From: Candidatus Nanopelagicales bacterium
Lineage (GTDB): Bacteria > Actinomycetota > Actinomycetes > S36-B12
Direction: 5' to 3'
Length of the DNA stretch: 64,000 nucleotides
Assembly (NCBI GenBank): GCA_017857175.1
Contig: JAFMDS010000006.1
Location: 575-64,574 of the forward strand
Part shown: piece after piece, positions 29,629 through 39,606 of the stretch
How positions within the stretch are numbered: position 1 is the stretch's first letter
Layout: each line of letters begins with the position of its first letter
Notes under the pieces: model-generated
What the model saw: only the letters and a program-made list of their open reading frames with translations
Database searches by the model: none
Told to the model about the DNA's origin: nothing
Made by a program: the position numbers and the translations under genes

Positions 29629-30291
29629 GTGTCAGAATTAGTCTTTTACGCAGGAACTATGGACTGTGGCAAATCGACTCTCGCACTCCAAATGGATCAC
29701 AATCATGCCACTCGCGGAAGGTCAGGCGTGGTGTTCACTCGATTGGATAGAGCGGGTAGTTCCGTCTTGTCCAGCAGATTGGGCCTTGAAGTGCCTGCGG
29801 TCGAAGTCGACCAAGACCTCAATATTCGCAGGTATGTCGTGGACAGGCTTTCAGGTGGTCACCGTATTGATTATCTAATTTGCGATGAAGCCCAGTTCTA
29901 CACGGAAGAACAGATCGAACAAATTGCGCAGTTGGTGGACGAACTATCCATTGATGCATATGCTTTTGGCATTCTCACAGACTTTCGCACCCGGCTTTTT
30001 CCTGGCTCGGCTCGATTAGTCGAGTTGGCAGATCGCGTTCAGTATTTGCAGGTTGAGGCGTTGTGTTGGTGCGGGGCTAGAGCACTTCACAATGCGAGAA
30101 CGATCTCAGGGGAAATAACTGTTGACGGAGATCAGGTTTTAGTAGGGGATGTCAACAGCGCAGACTCTGTGGCCTACGAAGTTTTGTGCCGTCGGCACTA
30201 TCGAGCTCGGTTGACGTCTAAAAACGCACAGAGCGCTCACATTTCAAGTCAGCCGCTCCCATTCACCTCAGAAGGCGAAAATCTTTCCTAG
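29629..30291 (+). CDS. tdk: Thymidine kinase
   Basis: GTMDCGKS, DEAQF, TDFR..LFPGS, CWCG, YEVLCRRH. Confidence 0.93.
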   Translation: MSELVFYAGTMDCGKSTLALQMDHNHATRGRSGVVFTRLDRAGSSVLSSRLGLEVPAVEVDQDLNIRRYVVDRLSGGHRIDYLICDEAQFYTEEQIEQIAQLVDELSIDAYAFGILTDFRTRLFPGSARLVELADRVQYLQVEALCWCGARALHNARTISGEITVDGDQVLVGDVNSADSVAYEVLCRRHYRARLTSKNAQSAHISSQPLPFTSEGENLS

Positions 30292-30319
30292 TTTGAAGAC
30301 TGTTGCCATACGCAAGTGA

Positions 30320-31045
30320 TTAATTTTCATCCTTGGGACCGCCGAAAAGTATTTCATCCCAACTAGGAACTTTGGCCCTACCTCGCTTGGATTTTTTTGG
30401 CTGCGACGGTTGAGGCTTTGACACTTGCGTCGGTTGTTCTTGGGTTATCAAAAGCGAATCATCGTTCTCGATGGAATTAACGTCATTGACATTCTCAGAT
30501 TGAATGTCAACATCCAACGAGGGTACTGCCTTGAGGTAGGCGTGAGAACTTTCAGCTTGATCCAAAGGCAACTCGACGGCACTTGTTTCTAAAATAATCG
30601 TGTCGTTGTGACCACTCTGTGGGGCTTGGGCAGGAGCGTGAAGCTCCGCTTGGTTGACGATTCGAACTGGCTCAACACCCATCCAGGCCCGAGCTTCGTC
30701 GTTGGCAGGATGAACAGAATTGCCAGATGGTTCAAAGACCCATTGCGCAATTTGATTTCCAGTCTGTGCGGTCACAAGCCATTGACCGTCAAAAAATGTG
30801 CTATCCCACAAAATGTCTTGGGTGTTCAACGTGGACTCAATGACCTCTTGCAGTGTTGCACCACCCCGAGAAGCTCTGACTTGAGCATTCTGGGCTCGCT
30901 CTGCTACGTAGGCACGTTCGCCCAGTGGCGGTTCGGCGTACCTTGCGACTTTATCAAGCGGCCAGCCGGTAGACGCTGCCACCATTTCTGGAGTTTCTCC
31001 TGCGCGCACACGGAATTGAATCTCGCGTGGGCTGAGCGTGTCCAG
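30320..31045 (-). CDS. sepH: Septation protein SepH (DUF3071), short form
   Basis: LSPREIQFRVRAG...VARYAEP.LGER and C-terminal RAKVPSWDEILFG; probable CTG start 6 nt after AAGGAG. Confidence 0.85.
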   Translation of the reverse strand: MDTLSPREIQFRVRAGETPEMVAASTGWPLDKVARYAEPPLGERAYVAERAQNAQVRASRGGATLQEVIESTLNTQDILWDSTFFDGQWLVTAQTGNQIAQWVFEPSGNSVHPANDEARAWMGVEPVRIVNQAELHAPAQAPQSGHNDTIILETSAVELPLDQAESSHAYLKAVPSLDVDIQSENVNDVNSIENDDSLLITQEQPTQVSKPQPSQPKKSKRGRAKVPSWDEILFGGPKDEN

Positions 31046-31154
31046 AACTGTCTCCTTTAGCAACTGATGCGATCTGCGTACATAAACTTACCGTGAAGAA
31101 CATCTTAGGGCTTTTACTCATGTGTTGTGAACATCTGGACCGCATTGCGCCCCA

Positions 31155-32450
31155 CTAGGTCGGGTCGTCGACAAATCCACTGGGTGCCGGGCCTGGAATG
31201 AGGTCCGAATTGAGGGCTAAACCCGGCTGGGGAAGTGGCCGATTACGACTCCCCGCCTTCCAGCGGCCTTGGGCAAAAACTGAAACGCTTAAGGTTAAAC
31301 ACGCACCCGCCACACCCAAACCAAAGGCCTCGGGGGTGCCGAAACGGTCCGCGAGGATGCCGCCAAGTGATGCACCAGCTGCGAAACCGAGGGCCAGACC
31401 CGAATTCACCCAGGTGAGCCCCTGTGTGAGTAATGAAGGCGGCACGAGTCTCTCGGCGAGTGAAAATGTACTGATAAGAGTGGGTGCAATGGCGAAGCCG
31501 GACAAGAAGGCACCGAGCATGAGCCAATTTACATTGGCGATTAACGGCATGGGGATGGTAATGATGACCATTGCGAGGGACGTGAATTGCACCTGTCGTG
31601 GTAGGGGCATTCGAAGGTGGCGCGAGCCGTAGATGATGCCACCAAACATCGACCCAACGGCCCAGAGGGCCAATGTGACTCCGGCCAGCTCTGGTTGACC
31701 GGCGTTTTTTGTGAAGGCCACGATGGCGACATCAAAGCTGCCAAAAAGAATTCCGATTCCAAGACTTGCGGTAACCAGGAGGGTGAGCCCTTGATGCCTG
31801 AGGGGGTTCTTGGAGTAGGACTGCTCTGGATGCACTTCGTGGACAGGGGGTATAGACCTTGTCAAACTTGCAAGTGCGAAACCACCGATCAACGCCAATC
31901 CACCTGCAACGAGGACAGGACTGGGTAAGCCCACATTAAAAGCTAGGAATGCGGCCAGCAGGGGGCCAATCGCGAAAACTAGTTCATCGAAAATACTTTC
32001 GAGTGCGAATGCGCTTCTCAGCGAATCTGTGTCTTTGCGAGTCGCGTAGACCCAACGAGCACGCACAAATGATCCAAAGGAAGGGAATGAAGCACCCGCG
32101 ACAATTATCAAGGCCATTTGCATCCAACGCGCAGTGTCAACTTGGACGGCGAAAACAAAACTCACCAATGAAAAAGCGAATATGCACGGAAGCGGAATCA
32201 ACACGGCTCGTTGTCCGAATTTGTCGGCGAGGCGGCTGGTAAAAAGCGCAGCAACTGCCGAAGTAGTGGCAAAGAGTGCTTGAAGCAGGCCGGCGTAAGC
32301 ATAGGAATTTGTGGTGTTGCTGATATACAAGAGGGTGCCAATGCCAACGATGCCCAGAGACAATCGTGCAATGAAACCTGCCGCTGAAAATGCAATAGCC
32401 CCTGGTAGTCGCAGCACTTCGACGTAAGCGGCGAAGGGGTTATTGGCCAT
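31155..32450 (-). CDS. MFS transporter
   Basis: About 12 TM; RLADKFGQ, AFALES.FDEL.F.IGP. Confidence 0.9.
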   Translation of the reverse strand: MANNPFAAYVEVLRLPGAIAFSAAGFIARLSLGIVGIGTLLYISNTTNSYAYAGLLQALFATTSAVAALFTSRLADKFGQRAVLIPLPCIFAFSLVSFVFAVQVDTARWMQMALIIVAGASFPSFGSFVRARWVYATRKDTDSLRSAFALESIFDELVFAIGPLLAAFLAFNVGLPSPVLVAGGLALIGGFALASLTRSIPPVHEVHPEQSYSKNPLRHQGLTLLVTASLGIGILFGSFDVAIVAFTKNAGQPELAGVTLALWAVGSMFGGIIYGSRHLRMPLPRQVQFTSLAMVIITIPMPLIANVNWLMLGAFLSGFAIAPTLISTFSLAERLVPPSLLTQGLTWVNSGLALGFAAGASLGGILADRFGTPEAFGLGVAGACLTLSVSVFAQGRWKAGSRNRPLPQPGLALNSDLIPGPAPSGFVDDPT

Positions 32451-32533
32451 GATGACGCAAAGGTACCCGTGGCAGTGCGCGAGTCGATTCTCCGGTGTTC
32501 ATCGGTGGAGATCCACCATGGCAGAGTAGGGAC

Positions 32534-33436
32534 ATGACCAAGGATCCAGCGGCCCTAACTCCCAACAATGTTCAAACTTTGCTTGACACGGATGAGCGTC
32601 TGCAGCTGGCTTGGAACTGTGGTCGAGAGGCAGCAAATTTCTTGTACACCGCAAGGCCTGAGAATTTGGTTATTGAGACCAAATCAACAGGTTCGGATCT
32701 GGTGAGCGCTATGGATAAGGGCGCTGAGGAGATAATCGTTTCTGCCATCCGGTCGCACTTTCCTGAAGACGGAATACTCGGTGAAGAAGGCACTAGTGTC
32801 GATTCAAGTAATGGCGTCCGATGGATCATTGACCCACTCGATGGAACCGTGAACTACTTGTTTGGCATCCCACTGTGGGGTGTGTCGATCGCCGTCGAAT
32901 TTGAAGGTCTCGTCAAATTGGGTGTAATTGTGTTGCCCAACCAAGGGGAGATATATCTGGCTATTCATAAACAAGGGTCTTGGAAAGTATCCGATAGCAA
33001 CTTTGCGTTGGCGAACTCCGGAGAACAACCTGCACTAGCCCCAACGCATCAGGCTCGGCTCCAAGTGCGACCTACTGCTGATTTTGCCCGGGCACTGATT
33101 TCCACGGGATTTGGTTATGACGCAGGGCGCCGCGAAGCCCAAGCCCAACTTCTGGTCGGAGTGCTCCCAAAGTTTGCTGACATCAGGCGAAGCGGGTGTG
33201 CCGTGGTCGATTTTTGTTGGTTAGCCTCTGGCGTCACGGATGGCTACTACGAGTATGGGCTTAATGCCTGGGACTACGCGGCGGGGGCCTTGCTTGTAAC
33301 GGAGGCAGGGGGAGTTGTTAAGGGTTTATCAGACGAAGATTTCAGTCAATTCCTGATCGCATCTACTCCGATGATCTTTGAAGAATTGAGATCCAAGTTA
33401 CAAGAGGGTGGTGCACAAAAGGTTCTCGAGTACTAA
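32534..33436 (+). CDS. Inositol monophosphatase family protein (SuhB-like)
   Basis: GEE, WIIDPLDGTVNY, WDYAAGALLVTEAGG. Confidence 0.9.
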   Translation: MTKDPAALTPNNVQTLLDTDERLQLAWNCGREAANFLYTARPENLVIETKSTGSDLVSAMDKGAEEIIVSAIRSHFPEDGILGEEGTSVDSSNGVRWIIDPLDGTVNYLFGIPLWGVSIAVEFEGLVKLGVIVLPNQGEIYLAIHKQGSWKVSDSNFALANSGEQPALAPTHQARLQVRPTADFARALISTGFGYDAGRREAQAQLLVGVLPKFADIRRSGCAVVDFCWLASGVTDGYYEYGLNAWDYAAGALLVTEAGGVVKGLSDEDFSQFLIASTPMIFEELRSKLQEGGAQKVLEY

Positions 33437-33465
33437 ATATGTGTGAACTAAAGCGTCATCGGTGG

Positions 33466-33984
33466 CTAATCCAGACGCTTTAGTTCCGCCCGATACCAAT
33501 GGGAGTTTTGCACATAAATGCGAGCCGAATGTTGAACATCGTCAATGCTCACAACGTTAGGTGTAATAGCTGCAGGCACTCCCAGTGCGCGCGCGTGAGG
33601 CGGAACACTCTTATTGTTACCAACCAAGGCTTGGGCTCCGACGAGTGATATCGGACCAACAGTTGCATTGTGGAGTACGACAGCATGCGATCCGATCAAT
33701 GAATCATCATGAATGGTGCACCCTTCGAGGTGCACGCCATGTCCGATAACACATCGGTCGCCGATCACGGTGTCAAGCGTGCTCGTGCAATGAACAACGG
33801 TTCCATCCTGAATTGAAGTCTGCTCTCCAATGTGAATTGCACCGTGATCACCCCGCAGGACAGCACATGGCCAAATACTGGACTCGGGGCCGATGTGGAC
33901 GTTACCGATTACTACCGCATCTGGATGCACAAATGCGGTTGGGTCAATAGTTGGGGTGAGGTCTCCGAGCGCATAGATCGCCAT
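33466..33984 (-). CDS. Gamma-carbonic anhydrase family protein
   Basis: Hexapeptide repeats, VLRGD, IQDGTVVH, IGHGVHLEGC. Confidence 0.9.
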   Translation of the reverse strand: MAIYALGDLTPTIDPTAFVHPDAVVIGNVHIGPESSIWPCAVLRGDHGAIHIGEQTSIQDGTVVHCTSTLDTVIGDRCVIGHGVHLEGCTIHDDSLIGSHAVVLHNATVGPISLVGAQALVGNNKSVPPHARALGVPAAITPNVVSIDDVQHSARIYVQNSHWYRAELKRLD

Positions 33985-34193
33985 GTCTACGGAGTCTAGT
34001 TCGGGATTACTGGTCGCTGGTACCCATCTGGAATTTAGCTAGCATCAGCCACCATTGGATTTGCTAGGGACGCTAGCACCGACCCCGTGCTGCCGAATAT
34101 TGCTTCATGAGGCACAATCTGCGCGCAAGGTCCCGCGGCTGGTGCCCGTCAGCACTGAGCATCGATGTTTCGTCCGATAAGAAAGAGGCACAC

Positions 34194-34490
34194 ATGGCTA
34201 CCGATTATGACGCTCCTCGCAAGACCGATGAGGAACTGGCAGAGGACAGCCTCGAGGAGCTCAAGGCCAAGAGAGCTGAGAAAACTTCATCACCTGTTGA
34301 CGTCGATGAAGCGGAACTCGCTGAAACAATTGAGTTGCCTGGTGCAGATCTGTCATCGGAGAATTTGACGGTTCAAGTGGTGCCAAAACAGACCGATGAA
34401 TTCACCTGCATGTCTTGCTTCTTGGTACACCATCGCAGCCAATTTGATCATGAAGGCAAATCTGGGCCTATATGCAAGGAATGCGCCTGA
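34194..34490 (+). CDS. DUF4193 family protein
   Basis: MATDYDAPRK, ELPGADLS, EFTCMSCFLVHHRSQ, CKEC. Confidence 0.92.
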   Translation: MATDYDAPRKTDEELAEDSLEELKAKRAEKTSSPVDVDEAELAETIELPGADLSSENLTVQVVPKQTDEFTCMSCFLVHHRSQFDHEGKSGPICKECA

Positions 34491-34491
34491 G

Positions 34492-34776
34492 TCAGGTCTG
34501 GCGAGCGATAATTCGGTACACAGCAACTTCAACGACTGCCGCGGAGGCTGCCGTAATCGCGGACCAAATAAGGGCGTTGCCCAAATTTACAGTGGGGTCG
34601 TCGGCCACGGGTGCCTTCCTACCCAGAGCCTTGCGGTAACCGGAATCAAGCATTTTGCGCACGGCCCATGTCGCCGTCATTGCAACAATGGGGGCAACAA
34701 CGTGTATCGCAATATTATTTTGTTGGCTCCCTGCACCTGAATCCTCGCGTGCCTCTCCTACTTGTTCATAAGTCAT
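34492..34776 (-). CDS. DUF4235-like small membrane protein
   Basis: ATWAVRK...G..AP...DP...ALIWSAIT pattern. Confidence 0.7.
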   Translation of the reverse strand: MTYEQVGEAREDSGAGSQQNNIAIHVVAPIVAMTATWAVRKMLDSGYRKALGRKAPVADDPTVNLGNALIWSAITAASAAVVEVAVYRIIARQT

Positions 34777-34834
34777 GGGGCTTGTCTATCACCAACGACA
34801 TGAGAGTTCAAAGTGAACCGTAGAAATAGTGGCT

Positions 34835-35326
34835 TCAGGGATTATTGAGTAGTGACACAAGAACTTCCGGTTTTCTGGTCGAAACAACCCACATTCCGTG
34901 AGGATCGTCCGGATTCATTAGGTCAATGGCGATAGCCCGCATCCCTGACCGAATATCGAGATAAGCGGTGGCATCGACTTGACCACGCCGTGCGGCTAAT
35001 AATTCCTCGGCGCTCAAGACTCTTGGGTTAGCCCATTCAGTTGATTTACCCAACATTTGTTGCATATTGACGTTACCTACCCGAATAAACGTTGAGTCGA
35101 TATTTCGTCGAACTTCGATCAAAGGGGCGTTGAAGTACATGAAAAGCAATATGCCAATGCCAATAATCACCATGATGCCAATGCCAACCTGCATATCGAT
35201 TGCTGCGCCGTAGGCGATAGCGATCATGGCAATCAACGCTAGTGCGACCACGAATGACGATAATCGGGGGATAACACGCTCCCGGTAGAGAAGGCCAGTT
35301 GGTTGGCTCGCTCGAATGTGCTTCAC
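34835..35326 (-). CDS. DUF3093 family protein
   Basis: YRER, two TM helices, DPH.MWVVSTRKPE; position next to dut. Confidence 0.8.
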   Translation of the reverse strand: MKHIRASQPTGLLYRERVIPRLSSFVVALALIAMIAIAYGAAIDMQVGIGIMVIIGIGILLFMYFNAPLIEVRRNIDSTFIRVGNVNMQQMLGKSTEWANPRVLSAEELLAARRGQVDATAYLDIRSGMRAIAIDLMNPDDPHGMWVVSTRKPEVLVSLLNNP

Positions 35327-35349
35327 GCTCAGGAGTATGGTGCATTGTT

Positions 35350-35946
35350 GTGCCAACGACACCTCCGGCTGATGCCTACGTCCCACACAGAAGTGAAAAC
35401 GCTCCAGAGCCTGGTAGTGCCATTCCCACCCATTACAAATCGTGCTTTGGCTGTGGTGTCGATCATGAGACTGGTCTCCACATGATTGTGACCGCAGGGG
35501 ATCATCTCACGGTAAATGGAGTCTTTACCGTCACACAGCATCACCAGGGTGCCCCTGGTTTGGCACATGGTGGATTACTTTCTGCCGCCATCGATGAAGT
35601 GCTCGGGTCACTCAACTGGCTGCTGGGAGTCCCTGCCGTCACCGGGCGGCTTGAATGTGATTTTAGAAAGCCTGTTCCCGTGGGAACCACGCTTTTTGTT
35701 AGCGCCCAAATTGATGCAGTTCACGGTCGCAAAGTTTTTACGAGTGCACAAGCTCGCATCAATTCAATTGACGGCTCGACGGCTGTCTCAGCGAAGGCGA
35801 TCTTCATTCAGGTGGGTATTCAACATTTCTTGGATAATGGGAATAGTGCTGAGGTAACGGCTGCTTTCCAGGATCGAAATGGAGATTGGTCACAAAAGGC
35901 GCCAAAGAGTGATGGGGCTAGGCAAACGTTTGAGGTGAATCCGTGA
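35350..35946 (+). CDS. PaaI-family thioesterase
   Basis: CFGCG, HQGAPGLAHGG, DEVLG, FRKPVPVG. Confidence 0.88.
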   Translation: MPTTPPADAYVPHRSENAPEPGSAIPTHYKSCFGCGVDHETGLHMIVTAGDHLTVNGVFTVTQHHQGAPGLAHGGLLSAAIDEVLGSLNWLLGVPAVTGRLECDFRKPVPVGTTLFVSAQIDAVHGRKVFTSAQARINSIDGSTAVSAKAIFIQVGIQHFLDNGNSAEVTAAFQDRNGDWSQKAPKSDGARQTFEVNP

Positions 35947-36380
35947 TGGTGCCCGTTAAAGTACTCATTCAACGGCTTGATTCAGACCTGCCATTGCCAG
36001 CGTACGAACTCCCGGGCGATGCCGGTCTCGATATTCATTCACGCATCACCCTCGAACTAACTGCAGGTGAACGTGCGCTTATACCAACCGGAATTGCGCT
36101 CGCACTTCCCGCAGGTTACGTCGCTCTAATACACCCAAGGAGCGGGTTGGCAGCTAAACACGGATTCACACTTGTTAATTCACCAGGCACTATTGACTCT
36201 GGATACAGAGGAGAAATTTCGGTCATTGGCCTGAACACGGGTGCCGACTCACTCACCATCGAGCGGGGGGATCGAATTGCCCAATTATTAGTCATGGAAT
36301 TGCCTCGGATCCACATAGAAGAGGTGCATTCCTTGCCTGGGTCAGTTCGGAGCGCCGGTGGATTCGGTTCAACAGGTTGA
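35943..36380 (+). CDS. dut: dUTPase
   Basis: GDAGLD, PRSGLA, GTIDSGYRGE, RIAQL, GGFGSTG. Confidence 0.96.
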   Translation: MMVPVKVLIQRLDSDLPLPAYELPGDAGLDIHSRITLELTAGERALIPTGIALALPAGYVALIHPRSGLAAKHGFTLVNSPGTIDSGYRGEISVIGLNTGADSLTIERGDRIAQLLVMELPRIHIEEVHSLPGSVRSAGGFGSTG

Positions 36381-37075
36381 CGGTCAGGCCCGTTGACAAG
36401 GGTGGTAACACCACATCGCAACTTGAGAAGTGGGAGGATAGAAGGGTGACGGACACCAATCTGCGAAATAACGGTCCATTTGATGAGTCTGAAGTCAGTT
36501 TTGGTGACGACAACAGAGTTGATCTCGGTGGACTGTTGCTCTCCGTGCCTGCTGGAGTGGAGTTACAGGTACAGGCAGATCAAGCGAGTGGGCGAATTAC
36601 CGCACTCACCCTGCGCCACGGGGAGAGCGGTATGCAGTTGCAACCATATGCAGCACGCAAGTCAGGTGGTATGTGGGAGGAAGTCATTGCGTCCATTACG
36701 ACATCCGTCAATTCCTCCGGAGGCTTGATCGAACAAGTTAAAGGGCCATGGGGAGTTGAGTTGAACGCGCAAATCAAGGCAAACGAATCCGCAGGTACGG
36801 GGAGCGCCCTCCAACCGGCACGATTTGTGGGTATCGATGGACCGAGATGGTTTCTTCGTGCTGTCTTTTTGGGAAAGGCTGCGCGCGATCGCGAAGCTGC
36901 TCAGGTCTTGTCCGAATGCCTTCGAACTGCTGTCGTGGTTCGTGGAGACTCAGCCATGGCCCCTGGGGCTCCGCTTGCTTTGAGAATCCCGAAGGAAAGC
37001 ATGAGCGCGGAAGTGAGTGAACCCAAACTACCCAACCCTTTTGAGCGCGGCCCTGAAATCACGGAAACCCGCTGA
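36377..37075 (+). CDS. DUF3710 family protein
   Basis: GPFD, VDLGGL, GPWGVEL, RFVGIDGPRWFLR, FERGPEITE; true start may be slightly downstream. Confidence 0.88.
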   Translation: MTVRPVDKGGNTTSQLEKWEDRRVTDTNLRNNGPFDESEVSFGDDNRVDLGGLLLSVPAGVELQVQADQASGRITALTLRHGESGMQLQPYAARKSGGMWEEVIASITTSVNSSGGLIEQVKGPWGVELNAQIKANESAGTGSALQPARFVGIDGPRWFLRAVFLGKAARDREAAQVLSECLRTAVVVRGDSAMAPGAPLALRIPKESMSAEVSEPKLPNPFERGPEITETR

Positions 37076-37080
37076 CACCG

Positions 37081-37467
37081 ATGAACGCCATCGCTCGGAG
37101 TGCGCGACGATTAACGCAAACGCTGACAAAATCACGTAGCTCCCACGAATATTCGGACCTCCAACAACAATTTGGAGATACCGCGGATCCACTCGTTCAA
37201 GAGATTCGGTCGTGTACTCCCGGTTCACGTGTGGAAATAATTGGAACCGTGCGCGTCGTTTCAGTTCGCCCCCAAGACCTATCGCCTGCCGTTGAAATTG
37301 AATTGACCGATGGTTCCGGTGTGGTGAAAGTTGTATGGCTAGGCAGACGGAAGATTCCTGGAATTGTTGCTGGCCGAACCATGAAGGTGTGCGGACGGTT
37401 AACCTGTAACACTGAGCGACCAACAATTTTTAATCCCAAATACGAATTGCGACCACTCAAGAGATGA
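37081..37467 (+). CDS. OB-fold nucleic acid-binding protein
   Basis: ELTDGSG...VWLGRRKIPGI..G...IFNPKYEL. Confidence 0.87.
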   Translation: MNAIARSARRLTQTLTKSRSSHEYSDLQQQFGDTADPLVQEIRSCTPGSRVEIIGTVRVVSVRPQDLSPAVEIELTDGSGVVKVVWLGRRKIPGIVAGRTMKVCGRLTCNTERPTIFNPKYELRPLKR

Positions 37468-37477
37468 GAGTCATTAG

Positions 37478-38182
37478 GTGAGCCAAGAGCAAGAAGAGTC
37501 GCCACAAGGAATGCACCTTCCCGAGCACGAAACTATTGCCGATGTAGCCGCCGAACGCCTCATCCTTGATCGAGCAATTGGTGGGTGGCGCGGACTAATT
37601 GATAGTGGTGTACCAACTCTTGTGTTTGTTTTTGCATTCTTGGTTTGGCCAGACACCCTTGCCAATGCCGTTTACGCGGCAATTGCGGCTGGCGTTGTAA
37701 TCCTTGTTGTGCGAGTAATCCGTCGTGATCCGCTGACTCAAATATTCGCGGGATTTGTAGGCCTTGCCATCGCGGCAGGATTCTCTGCTTGGACTGGAAA
37801 GGCAGAGAACTTCTTCTTGCCCGGCCTGCTCACCAATTTGGCGTACGGCTCTGCATTCCTCATCTCCATACTGGTTCGTTGGCCGCTACTTGGCGTGGCC
37901 TTGGGATATTTCACGGGCACGGGTACGTCCTGGCGAAGTGACGTTTCATTGCGAAGGGCTGCCGCAGCAGCGAGTTGGATATGGGTGGGAATGTTCTTTG
38001 GCAGGCTATTGGTGCAGGTGCCTTTCTATTTCAGTGGCTCAGTGGGAACACTGGGCGTGATAAAGGTAGTCATGGGCTGGCCGCTGTTCCTAGCCGCGGC
38101 GTATTTCACGTACCGCGTACTTTCGCCGGTTTATGCAGAACTGAATGCCCGAAAAAACCAGAATCCTGAGAACGACGCTTAA
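37478..38182 (+). CDS. DUF3159 family membrane protein
   Basis: GGWRGLIDS..P, GKAENFFLPG, RWPLLG, LVQVP.Y, MGWPL. Confidence 0.88.
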   Translation: MSQEQEESPQGMHLPEHETIADVAAERLILDRAIGGWRGLIDSGVPTLVFVFAFLVWPDTLANAVYAAIAAGVVILVVRVIRRDPLTQIFAGFVGLAIAAGFSAWTGKAENFFLPGLLTNLAYGSAFLISILVRWPLLGVALGYFTGTGTSWRSDVSLRRAAAAASWIWVGMFFGRLLVQVPFYFSGSVGTLGVIKVVMGWPLFLAAAYFTYRVLSPVYAELNARKNQNPENDA

Positions 38183-38206
38183 TGCTGGCGGGCAAAAAGT
38201 TGCCGC

Positions 38207-38875
38207 TTACTCCTTTGTTGGGTGTCCTAGCATGTTTTGTAATGTATTTTCCTGATGTGGAGCGGCAACAAATACAAGTTCATCGCCGACTTCGAGAGGG
38301 TCGTCCGCACTCGGAGTGATGACACGCTCTCCTCGCACGATGGCTACCAGCGCTGTATCTTCTGGCCAGTGTTGATCGCCCACGCGTTGGCCCGCAACGG
38401 GAGAATCGGAAGCGAGTGTGATTTCAACAAGATCAGCATCGCCTTGCCGGAATGAAAAGAGGCGAACCAAATCTCCCACCGAGACGGCCTCTTCAACGAG
38501 AGCTGACATCATGCGAGGGGTTGAGACAGCCACATCGACGCCCCATGATTCATTGAACATCCACTCATTCTTGGGGTGATTTACACGCGCCACTACACGA
38601 GGGACACCAAACTCGGTTTTGGCCAAGAGTGCAACAACTAAGTTGACCTTGTCATCGCCCGTCGCGGCCACTACGACGTTGCACTCTGAAAGACGAGCCT
38701 CCTCTAGGGCAGACACTTCACAGGCATCGGCCATCAATGTCTCTGCGCCCTGAACGACACCGGGGCGCGCTAATGCAACGTCCCTGTCGATGAGGAGAAT
38801 CTGATGACCGTTCTGGATCAGTTCCCGTGCGATGGCCCTGCCTACTTTTCCTGCACCAGCGATAGCGACTCTCAT
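38207..38875 (-). CDS. trkA: TrkA-family K+ uptake protein (CeoC-like)
   Basis: GAGKVG, ATGDDKVN, EFGVPRVVARVNHPKNEW. Confidence 0.9.
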   Translation of the reverse strand: MRVAIAGAGKVGRAIARELIQNGHQILLIDRDVALARPGVVQGAETLMADACEVSALEEARLSECNVVVAATGDDKVNLVVALLAKTEFGVPRVVARVNHPKNEWMFNESWGVDVAVSTPRMMSALVEEAVSVGDLVRLFSFRQGDADLVEITLASDSPVAGQRVGDQHWPEDTALVAIVRGERVITPSADDPLEVGDELVFVAAPHQENTLQNMLGHPTKE

Positions 38876-39537
38876 TGGGGGCCTCCTGGCAAGTTCAAGC
38901 ACACTGATTCGATGGCCTCACGTTGCTCGGGATGGAAGAGAAGGTGGACCGCATCACCTTGTTGGAGTACAGAATCAGAATGTGGTAGTTCTGTGCTGCC
39001 ATACCGGGTTATGAATGCAATCCTTGAATTGGTGTGGGCTTCAAGTTCGGCGGCATTTCGTCCTAACCACGAGTCGTCTAATGGCATTTGAGCCAAGACC
39101 ATGGTTCCCGATTGGTCGGTGTATTCAACGTTTGCAGAGGTTGGTACGACGGCTTTCATGATTTGACCGGCGGTCCAGGACACGGTCGCGACCGTTGGGA
39201 TGCCTAATCGTTCATAGACTGCCGCACGTTGTGGGTCATAGATTCGTGCAATAACGTGAGGGACACCGTAGGTTTCCCGGGCTACGCGAGCGGCAAGAAT
39301 ATTGCTGTTGTCTCCGCTACTGACCGCCGCAAATGCATGTGCACGTTCTATGCCGGCGGCTTCAAGGGTCTCACGATCAAATCCGACACCCTTGATCGTT
39401 GTACCGGAGAATTCTGGAGCCAATTTGCGAAATGCGGACGCTTCTTGATCCACTATGGCAACAGAATGGCCTTGCTCATCAAGCCAAGTTGCTAGAAGCG
39501 AACCAACACGTCCACACCCGAGAATCACAATATGCAC
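38872..39537 (-). CDS. TrkA-family K+ uptake protein (CeoB-like)
   Basis: GCGRVG, SSGDNSNI, ARIYDP.RA.VYERLGIPT. Confidence 0.9.
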   Translation of the reverse strand: MHIVILGCGRVGSLLATWLDEQGHSVAIVDQEASAFRKLAPEFSGTTIKGVGFDRETLEAAGIERAHAFAAVSSGDNSNILAARVARETYGVPHVIARIYDPQRAAVYERLGIPTVATVSWTAGQIMKAVVPTSANVEYTDQSGTMVLAQMPLDDSWLGRNAAELEAHTNSRIAFITRYGSTELPHSDSVLQQGDAVHLLFHPEQREAIESVCLNLPGGPQ

Positions 39538-39606
39538 GAGGGACACGCTACACCTCTGAGTTGGCTGCGTTCATCTCTATGGCATGGGGGGATAGAGTTC
39601 GGAGTC

